Source: Mayamaea pseudoterrestris (lineage: Eukaryota). From it: a DNA stretch of 64,000 nucleotides. The position numbers and the translations under genes are program-made. Shown here in pieces: positions 56,326 to 64,000 of this stretch; position 1 is the first letter of the stretch; each line of letters begins with the position of its first letter. The notes under the pieces are model-generated. The model did no database searches. It saw only the letters and a program-made list of their open reading frames with translations, and was not told the origin of the DNA. The stretch is taken from contig BROI01000022.1 in the NCBI GenBank assembly GCA_027923505.1, forward strand, positions 558,001 through 622,000. The letters run 5' to 3'.

Positions 56326-57099
56326 ATGGTTAAGCTACTATCTGCCTCGTTCCCTGGCATTCTTGAAGCAACGCTCACCATATTACTGACAACGCTCGAA
56401 GATTGCGTTTGGCTCGTCCCCTTGGTGGCTCAAGCGACGGACGCTAAAATCGCCCTTGCCCATGGCATCATTTTTGTGTCCACATTTGTCGGATTGAGTG
56501 TTTCCATCTGCGCACTGGCTATATTGATGGAAGGAGGCTTGGCTGCCAGTGTAAAAAATGCCGACTTGATACTGGAAGGCGCTGGCGCAATTCTTTGCTG
56601 GAGCTTGGCTGGCTACTTTTACTATAAAGCATGGAGCAAGAAGAGGCGGCGAGCCCAGCAGCGGCGAGAGCAAGAAGACTTGCGGCGTGAGAATGATACA
56701 GAATATGGAACAGTCGGTGCTGCTGCAGATGGTTCCGATGGCGAGGCGCATAGACTTGTCAAGGAAAATGACGCACCAAAAGGTGCAGAACCTTTTCAGT
56801 CAACAGAAATGGCCGAGGCCGATACAATACAACCATGGATGATTATATCATTGACGGTTGCTGGATCGCTCGACGAAATATCCTACTTTCCTGGCCTCGT
56901 GGTTGGACAAATCTTTACTCCGGCCGAACTGTGCATTGGCACCTTGCTGGCGTCCCTTTTAATTCTTGGACTAGTGAACTTGCTGGTTCAAAGATGCAAA
57001 GGGTGTCTCCGTATACTGGACAAGGTGCCATTGTATGCGGTGATTGCTTTATTCGCGGTTATATTAACCGTGCAAGTTGCGTGGGAGTTGCTCACATAG
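56326..57099 (+). CDS. LysE-superfamily membrane protein resembling CadD (cadmium resistance transporter)
   Basis: 3+3 TM layout with internally repeated acidic motifs LLTTLEDCVWLVPL and VAGSLDEISYFPGL separated by a charged loop. Confidence 0.6.
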   Translation: MVKLLSASFPGILEATLTILLTTLEDCVWLVPLVAQATDAKIALAHGIIFVSTFVGLSVSICALAILMEGGLAASVKNADLILEGAGAILCWSLAGYFYYKAWSKKRRRAQQRREQEDLRRENDTEYGTVGAAADGSDGEAHRLVKENDAPKGAEPFQSTEMAEADTIQPWMIISLTVAGSLDEISYFPGLVVGQIFTPAELCIGTLLASLLILGLVNLLVQRCKGCLRILDKVPLYAVIALFAVILTVQVAWELLT

Positions 57100-57187
57100 C
57101 TACTGCATGAGCAAAACGCTATCAAGCTGAAACGCTTTATTAACAAGTAGAGCTATATATGTACATAGTTTGTTGCTACCAACTGCT

Positions 57188-58774
57188 CTACATTTGTCGA
57201 CACTGAACGTCATCGCCTTCTTGTTCGAATGGAAACCCAAACGGAAACTCTCGACCAGTACTGCTGGACGAAAAGGAGAATCCGCGCCTGGAAAAGGGCC
57301 GTCCACCAGTAGACCCATCGTCGTCGTGATGAAGAGGGTCATCCTGTTCCTGCGCAAGTGGCGATGGCGTCCCGCTGGCGCGGCCAAAGTCGCTAGCATT
57401 AGCTGGCTGTGCGTACTGCACTTTGGCGCCATCATCCTTGTCCAGAGACGGCTTGACGTCTTGTTTGCCTTCCAGCTTGTTCAGCAGTCGCGTCAACTCG
57501 GCGCGCTCTTCTATAGTCAAGGGATGTTTCATACGAGGTAGTTCCACTTGATATTGTATGTACAAGTCACCGTAGCTCGTTCCAAGCTTGTCCTTTGGCA
57601 TGCCCTTGCCCTTTAGCACTTGCACGTCTCCATTATGAATCAAGACTGGGTCGGCAATGCCATCTTGCTGCTGCTGCTTGCTGCGCGCAGATTGAATCAC
57701 CAATGTTTCGCCGCTCAAATGTACAATGTTTTGCGTCACGCCCGACACAGCCTCCTGGAGCGAAATAGTCACGACAATTGCAAGATCGTAACCTTTGCGC
57801 GTAAAGACTGCATGTGGTCGTTGCTTCAACAAAAATATCAAATCGCCAGGCGCTTCCGTCGCGTCAAAGTCAATCTCGCCACTCAATCGCACCGACTGTC
57901 CATCCTGGGCGCCTCGGGGTATATCCACATGGACCGTCTTTCGCAGCGGTGACTGGCCGCCAGCACCAATTTGGATCGAGTGTGACACGCCCTGGTACAA
58001 GTCTTCCAACGATATTTCCAGTTGGTAACGAACCGTTCGATTCGTGCGCGCTTGCTGCTGCGACGCGCCAAAGAATGATGGTCCGCCGCCGCCAAAGAAG
58101 GATTGAAAGAAATCATCGGCGGATGCAAACGGCGACGAGCCTTGTCCATTGACACCACCATGTTGTTGCGTCAATCCAGCTTTTCCAAACTTGTCGTAGA
58201 TGGCGCGTTGCGTGGCATCCGACAAGACACTATAGGCTTCGGCCACCTTGTCAAAGGCGCGTCGGTTTCCGCTCGTCTTGTCGGGGTGCGTCAGTAGCGT
58301 GCGGCGCCGATAGGCTTTTTGCACTGCGCGGTCCGAGTGACTGCTGTCGCGACTTAGTCCGAGTATTTCGTAGTAGTCGTCTTGCTTTAGTATTTCTTGT
58401 ATAATACTTGGTAATTCTGGTGATTGTGGAGTTTTGCTCTTGTCGTCGCTTGCCTTGGCGCTTGACAATGGACTGGGTGGCGAAGACGCTGACGCTTCGT
58501 CCGAATGCGATGGCTCCTGCTTGACAGACGTTTTTGATCGAGTCTTTTTCTTCTTGCTCTTTTGCTTTAGTTTCGCCTCCTCCGATGGTGGTGACTTGTC
58601 GTCGCTCAAGCTGCCGCCGCGGCTGTGAATTGCATTGTACAAATGGCAAGGCGCTGCAGGAAGAATTTTGTCGCGTGCCACCGAACGCGACACACCAAAA
58701 CTGGTTGAAGCTGCTGTCGCTATGGAGCAAGTCGCAAGCAGCAATGCGTGCTTGGCGGATGAGGAGCTGGCCAT
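57188..58774 (-). CDS. DnaJ/Hsp40 co-chaperone (J domain, G/F region, C-terminal domain, no zinc finger)
   Basis: DYYEILGL, THPDK, AYSVLSD, LEISLEDLYQG, PGDLIF and GKGMP; N-terminal hydrophobic leader; ends in VQCRQM. Confidence 0.93.
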   Translation of the reverse strand: MASSSSAKHALLLATCSIATAASTSFGVSRSVARDKILPAAPCHLYNAIHSRGGSLSDDKSPPSEEAKLKQKSKKKKTRSKTSVKQEPSHSDEASASSPPSPLSSAKASDDKSKTPQSPELPSIIQEILKQDDYYEILGLSRDSSHSDRAVQKAYRRRTLLTHPDKTSGNRRAFDKVAEAYSVLSDATQRAIYDKFGKAGLTQQHGGVNGQGSSPFASADDFFQSFFGGGGPSFFGASQQQARTNRTVRYQLEISLEDLYQGVSHSIQIGAGGQSPLRKTVHVDIPRGAQDGQSVRLSGEIDFDATEAPGDLIFLLKQRPHAVFTRKGYDLAIVVTISLQEAVSGVTQNIVHLSGETLVIQSARSKQQQQDGIADPVLIHNGDVQVLKGKGMPKDKLGTSYGDLYIQYQVELPRMKHPLTIEERAELTRLLNKLEGKQDVKPSLDKDDGAKVQYAQPANASDFGRASGTPSPLAQEQDDPLHHDDDGSTGGRPFSRRGFSFSSSSTGREFPFGFPFEQEGDDVQCRQM

Positions 58775-58977
58775 GTTGATGGAGATGGAAAATGAATGAT
58801 TGGACGAAAGAAACGGCGGAGGGCGAAGAAACGTGGCGCGCCGTCGCGCGCAATCGTTGGAGTCTTACCGGTACTGCAAATTCCGTCGCCTCGTCGACCA
58901 TGAAGGCAACAAAAATGACACTGGCGAGGCTCCTTTTGACGCAGAGAATCAGTCGAAAGCAACAATAAGCAACGACG

Positions 58978-60744
58978 ATGATTATTACGATACGACGAAG
59001 ATGTCGCATTCTCGCCATACTGATTCTGGCAACTGCCTTTGCCTTTTGCTCCATGCTGCTGGCCTTTTTACTAGTCGCTGAATCTCCGACCACAACAATT
59101 AGTCCTGTCCAACGATTGCTCTCTCAAGGTTTTTTGCAACAAGGAAGAAGGATACGCTCGAAAGGAAACAACAAACGAGTCAATCGCACCGATTGCTTCA
59201 GTTTCAATTCACTAGATTGGCTCGGAAAACAGCGACTCGGAAATGCCAATGACACAATGATGGATGATTCACTCGGTCGACGCATGATTCTTTCATCAAT
59301 ATCATTATCGAGAGCGAGAAGTCTCTTGTCTGGAACCATTTGCGACTCCAAATCCCCCCTTGTCAGCATGCAGCCACTCCAAGACGCCGAAAGGAGGTTA
59401 CGATACTGGAAGACGCGCTTGACGTTTCTCGCCGTTCACGCTCATCAGCATCAACCGGCACTACCAGAGTTGGAAGCACGCCGTCAATCATCTTGTCGGC
59501 AGACTGATTTACAACGCCACAATATTGGACCGTTTGATTTCGAGTGTCCGACGGCCAAGTTTCTCGTCGTGCGACTCTTTGGCAATGGCATTGGCGCCAA
59601 CATGAGACTGGGCGCCGCTCCTGCCTACATGGCTGGTTTGTCGACTAATCGCGTCGTTGTGTTTGTCAACAACGCATCGGTTGGTCCCGACTTTTTGCAA
59701 AACCAATGGTCGCTCGCGTCATGTTTTCGAGGCGACATGCAGTGCTTTTACATGCCGAGTTCACCCTGCGTTTTGACGAACAACGAGTTGTCCAATGCAC
59801 CAGTGTTGCGCAAACATGAAGTGCGAAGAATCTTTCGAAACGGTACACTGTCACCGGAGCGGCAGCAGGAGCGCGTTGTCATTATGCGTCTCAACTTTCG
59901 ACCGCAGCGAGAACCTGACAACTTGAAACGAGCAGTGCATCAGCTTGCACTACCCATTGCGCAAAGGCTGGCGCAAGACGCGAGTGACGACGAGCAAAGA
60001 TACATACTTCAAGCAGCGCAAGACTTGCTGCATCCAGACACAGTGCCGATGGGAACGTACAACTACTATGGAGCGAACTCGCCGCTGTTTCATGGGCTAT
60101 TACTTTATGCGATGCGACCGAATACCCGAGCGGCCAAGTTATTGCAATTGGCTGTCCAACGGAGTCTACCAAAGGACTATGCAGTCGAAAATGCGGTTGG
60201 CCTTGCCATTCGAGCCTCGGACAAGTGCGACGACGAGAGTGAGTGCCTTTCGTTTAGTCAATACGTGCGCTCGGTCGGCCATTGGTGGACGAAGCATGAC
60301 ATGAATACAACGGCGACAAGCATATTCGTGACGACCGAGTCACGCAAAGTTATCGACGACCTACGAAAATTTGTCGCGAGCGAAGATTCACGAGCCACGT
60401 TACCATTCCCAGCAAACTTTGTCGTCAACAAGTACGACGTTTTGCAAGATACAGGATTCTTGCACAATCAACAGCCTGCCAATTATACGCAGGATGACGT
60501 GATGTTATCCGCCGTTTCGTCTCTTCAGCTCCAGCTTGCGACAAGGCTGACGGTTGGAAACTGCTGCTCCAACTTTCACTTGCTCCTTTCCGATTTCTTG
60601 AGCGAGGGCTGTGGTTTGGCGGTAGATAATCAGTTTCACTGTCTGCAGGACCACCCCGATCCGGAGTTTCGATTGTGTTGTCAGTGGGACAAGTCTGCCG
60701 AATGCCTGCTCCGGAAGAATTCAACGGTAGCCATTGCTCGATGA
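58978..60744 (+). CDS. Alpha-1,6-fucosyltransferase-like (GT23-like) type II membrane glycosyltransferase
   Basis: N-terminal TM; GIGANMR, VGLAIRASDKC..E (cf. VHVRRTDK), IFVTTES and VGNCCSNFH. Confidence 0.7.
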   Translation: MIITIRRRCRILAILILATAFAFCSMLLAFLLVAESPTTTISPVQRLLSQGFLQQGRRIRSKGNNKRVNRTDCFSFNSLDWLGKQRLGNANDTMMDDSLGRRMILSSISLSRARSLLSGTICDSKSPLVSMQPLQDAERRLRYWKTRLTFLAVHAHQHQPALPELEARRQSSCRQTDLQRHNIGPFDFECPTAKFLVVRLFGNGIGANMRLGAAPAYMAGLSTNRVVVFVNNASVGPDFLQNQWSLASCFRGDMQCFYMPSSPCVLTNNELSNAPVLRKHEVRRIFRNGTLSPERQQERVVIMRLNFRPQREPDNLKRAVHQLALPIAQRLAQDASDDEQRYILQAAQDLLHPDTVPMGTYNYYGANSPLFHGLLLYAMRPNTRAAKLLQLAVQRSLPKDYAVENAVGLAIRASDKCDDESECLSFSQYVRSVGHWWTKHDMNTTATSIFVTTESRKVIDDLRKFVASEDSRATLPFPANFVVNKYDVLQDTGFLHNQQPANYTQDDVMLSAVSSLQLQLATRLTVGNCCSNFHLLLSDFLSEGCGLAVDNQFHCLQDHPDPEFRLCCQWDKSAECLLRKNSTVAIAR

Positions 60745-61563
60745 TGTGGGCACGCATTCTACAAAATCTTTTGTTTGTCGCGGACAAAGTTGACCAAAAC
60801 GGTGAACTTTAGATGGTGCGCATAGCTTCCGCGACGCGGCTTCACTGCATCAGAATTATTGGGTCGTCTATGAGTGCTTTCGCCTGCTTTAAGTGTTTGG
60901 AAGAGCATAGGAGTCGAGACGATCTGCCAACGGAGCTGTTCTTGCTCGGAGAGAGATGTCTATAAAGTTCTTGTTGCTAACTTCGAACGCCTGGAAATGT
61001 TGCCTGTTTTCGCACGGTGTCGGCCTTGCACAGCCACCGTGTCTGCACAGTGTGAGGACTGATCCCTTTTCGTCAGGCATAATTTCCGATTAGCGGTCGA
61101 TACCAGAAAGCTCGTGTCTATTACCACCTTGTTTCGCCGCAAAGTTCGGTGATCCGCAAGTTGCGTGCAGTTAACTTCCTAACCTCATTACAGCACTATA
61201 GTAAGCTCCGAATCATGATTCTGCTGCCTTTTACATTTGACAGCAGCAAAGGCAAAGTCGCTTTTGGCGATTTTGTTCCGCAAGCGTCGCTCCGCGACTC
61301 ATTGGGACATGACAAAAATGACGGTGCGCACCACACGACTTCCAGCTACTCTCTCTTCTGCAACAAAAACGCTGCGTTGCAATCGGCAAAGGCTTCATTG
61401 GCAACATTTAAGCCAAGATGAGAGTTTTGCTGCTATAGCAAGCTACAAGTTGTTGCTACGTGCTTTAAGCCGCAGCTTTGCATTTAAGTTCAAGAGCCGA
61501 CAGCCGACGAACCTCGACCCGATATTTCGTTCCATAGATTCCAAAACACACATTTTAAAAACA

Positions 61564-64000
61564 ATGGTTTCCAATTCACCTCAGGAATGCGATTCCAAGC
61601 GCATTATTGCCGTGAAAGTTTATCAGCCCAAACTTGCTCTCGTGGGAAAGAGCAAGCATCAGGTGTTGCGATGGTACCACGTGTTATTTTGGGTAGCGCT
61701 CTTGATGCAGTCCATGTACATGCTCACGACCATGGGCGAACCGTATCATCAATTTCTAGCAAAGGCAGATCGAGAAGGGTTTCAGGGTATGTTTGCACAA
61801 AGTGCGGAAGTTGATACATTTTGTTTCAGCAAGCAATTTGACTTACAAGTCTCTCACGTTTGATTTCAACAGTCATGCAGGGATCGACGCAACGCCGCGC
61901 ACAGTTCGAATACGCCTTTAAGGATTTGAATGATCCAAGCAGACGCACGAAAAAGATTGGTTGGATGGATTGGAAGGACATGGACATTGAGGAACTGGCG
62001 GCGGAGAAGAAGCGCGACCGAGAAAAGTCGGTCCTCGATAGCTTGCCCAAGAATATGCGCGTGCCAAGTCAGTATTCCTGCGCGTTTTGGCCAACCTTTT
62101 TCCTGGGAATACTTGGAACCTTGTATGCGCTAGTGATACTGATGCAGTACTGGAGGGTGGACTTTAACGTTTGGCTTAACTATCGCGAAATGGATCCAAC
62201 GAGGCAGGAACTGCCAGACGATTTGCTGCAAATTGACGTGGAGCAGGACTTGGAGGAGCAAGCCAAGCGAAAGCAACAACTCAAGGATGCAACTCAAACG
62301 GTTCCGGATCGGAAGATTGCGAATCCGCCATCCATTCTACCTACTTGTGCACGCATTACTCCCAAGAAGGGCCCCGAGATTTTGGTGGACCTGGAATATT
62401 ATCCGACGCTGGGAATGACATTTGAGTATCATCGCCGCCGCTACGTGTACAAATCGCCGCACGGCTGGACGAAGATTCGCTGTCAAACAAAGATTCCGTT
62501 GGATAATTTAAAAGCTTGGAAAGGCTTTCCGTCGCCGCTGCAGCTGATTGGTGGACAAATTCGATTTGGACCAAACATGTTTACAGTCAAGCAGCCTTCG
62601 TTCGTTGATTTATACAAGAAGCAGCTACTGAATCCCTTTTCCATTTTCCAAATGTTTTGCGTCTTGCTTTGGGCGATTGATGATTACATTTTGTACAGCT
62701 TGTTCAATCTGTTCATGGTATTTACGTTTGAGGCGACGGTTGTGTTTCAACGCATCCAGAGCATGAAGGCGCTCAGAGGCATGGGCAACCCCAGTCGTAA
62801 CATTTATGTGTACCGAAGCAACCACTGGACAATCTGCGATTCGTCCGAACTACTTCCGGGCGATATAATGAGTTTGAAACGAATTGCGCCGCACCGATCA
62901 AAGGATGCGACCCAGCCGAGCGCAGCAATTCAAGATGCTGGAGGCGACATTGTACCGGCGGATCTGCTTTTGCTTCGCGGGTCAACGGTTGTGAATGAGG
63001 CAAGCTTGACCGGTGAATCGATACCGCAGATGAAGGAAGGGTTGGTTGATTTGGAAGCCGGCGATCGTCTCGACATGAAAACAAAGCACAAGATGAATGT
63101 TGCATACGCTGGCACGAAGATGCTCCAATGCAAAGGCGCTGCCGAGATTGAAGCCGACTCGACCGCACCCAAGCTATACAGTCAGATTCCAAATCCTCCT
63201 GACGACGGCTGCGTTTGCTTTGTTTTGCGGACCGGATTTGCTTCGGCTCAAGGAAAGCTAGTTCGAATGATTGAAGGTTCGCACGACAAGGTCAAGGGCC
63301 ACGAGCGCGAGACTGGGTTGCTCCTTCTGTTTCTTTTTTGCTTTGCTGTCATGAGCTCGTCGTATGTGCTCTATCACGGCATGCAGAACGAAAAGCGCAG
63401 TAAATATGAGCTGCTGCTTCATTGCATCATGATTGTCACCAACGTTATACGGCCGGAACTTCCGATGCAGATGGCCCTCGCTGTGAACAATGCCTTGATG
63501 ACGTTGATGAAGATGCACATCTTTTGCACGGAGCCGTACAGGGTACCCATGGCAGGCCGTTTAAATGTGTGCCTTTTCGATAAGACGGGCACTTTGACTA
63601 CGGATGAACTTGTTGCAGGTGGAGTTTGCGAGCCTGTGAAACTCGACATTTCATCCGGGATGGAGGATGCGGATCCAGAATTCCTCACTCCCATGACCAA
63701 GCTAAACGGCGGAGCGGCTCTTGTTCTGGCGGGCTGTCACTCTCTTGTTGTTGTAGACGAGGAAATTGCTGGCGATCCTTTGGAAAAGGCATCGTTATCT
63801 GCTATGCGATGGCAGCTATCCGTTTCATCCGGTCATGCGACACCTGCTCCGGCTACTGATAAACGACCGGCTGGCAATCCCATCTCTGTCGCTGACACTC
63901 ACTTGACTGATGTTGATGTGCTAACACGACACCACTTTAGTTCAAAGCTGCAACGTATGAGTTGCGTCATTAAATCGTCAGGCAAAATGTTTTCTGTTGC
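61564..64000 (+). CDS. SPF1: P5A-type ATPase (Spf1/ATP13A1), 3'-partial (intron 61787..61872)
   Basis: The frame read by hand from 61875 gives FGPNMF, FQMFCVLLW, NEASLTGESIPQMKE, LRTGF, PELPMQ, CTEPYRVP, FDKTGTLT, GDPLEKA and HFSSKLQRMS. It is absent from the ORF track because no stop occurs before the window ends. Confidence 0.93.

Noticed and set aside
17705..59093. Long antisense ORFs (for example 17705..18373, 25237..25935, 50647..51291, 51380..52129, 58251..59093)
   Set aside because: They lie opposite confident genes, show no motifs and are expected from codon bias in GC-balanced coding DNA.
60800..61560. Short ORFs upstream of the P5A-ATPase
   Set aside because: They are short, mutually overlapping and have no recognisable motifs.
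1..64000. Bacterial contig or recent horizontally transferred island (SohB, AlgH, RibD, PrsW, GAF kinase, CadD-like)
   Set aside because: These genes are interspersed with eukaryote-specific genes, several have spliceosomal introns or plastid presequences, and there is no operon structure.

Overview
Gene-dense eukaryotic nuclear DNA with short GT-AG introns (about 70-140 nt) and several signal-peptide-plus-Phe/Trp plastid-targeting presequences, so most likely a diatom or related stramenopile (inference). About 28 protein-coding genes can be read: S49/SohB peptidase, peroxisomal-type carrier, UPRT, tandem-AlgH protein, neuroguidin, BTB protein, GAF pseudo-histidine kinase, MadBub/BUB1, KAE1, RING-H2 ligase, PP1, PLAC8-PrsW fusion, UBX protein, RibD reductase, three SOS1-like Na+/H+ antiporter paralogues, MFS transporter, cathepsin X, three glycosyltransferase genes, PUS10, D-2-hydroxyacid dehydrogenase, CadD-like protein, DnaJ and a P5A-ATPase that runs off the window. 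I saw no tRNA, rRNA, CRISPR array or intact transposon. The most unusual signals are: a sharply bounded CpG-depleted island over a decaying Pro/Ser tandem-repeat pseudogene; a divergent glycosyltransferase pair with a 42-bp-period repeat between them; the diverging antiporter triplet; several odd domain fusions; a recurrent CTACCGGTAG palindrome; and four single-site reading-frame lesions. All calls come from motif recognition by eye, with no database searches. I cannot show that any single previously undescribed system is present.
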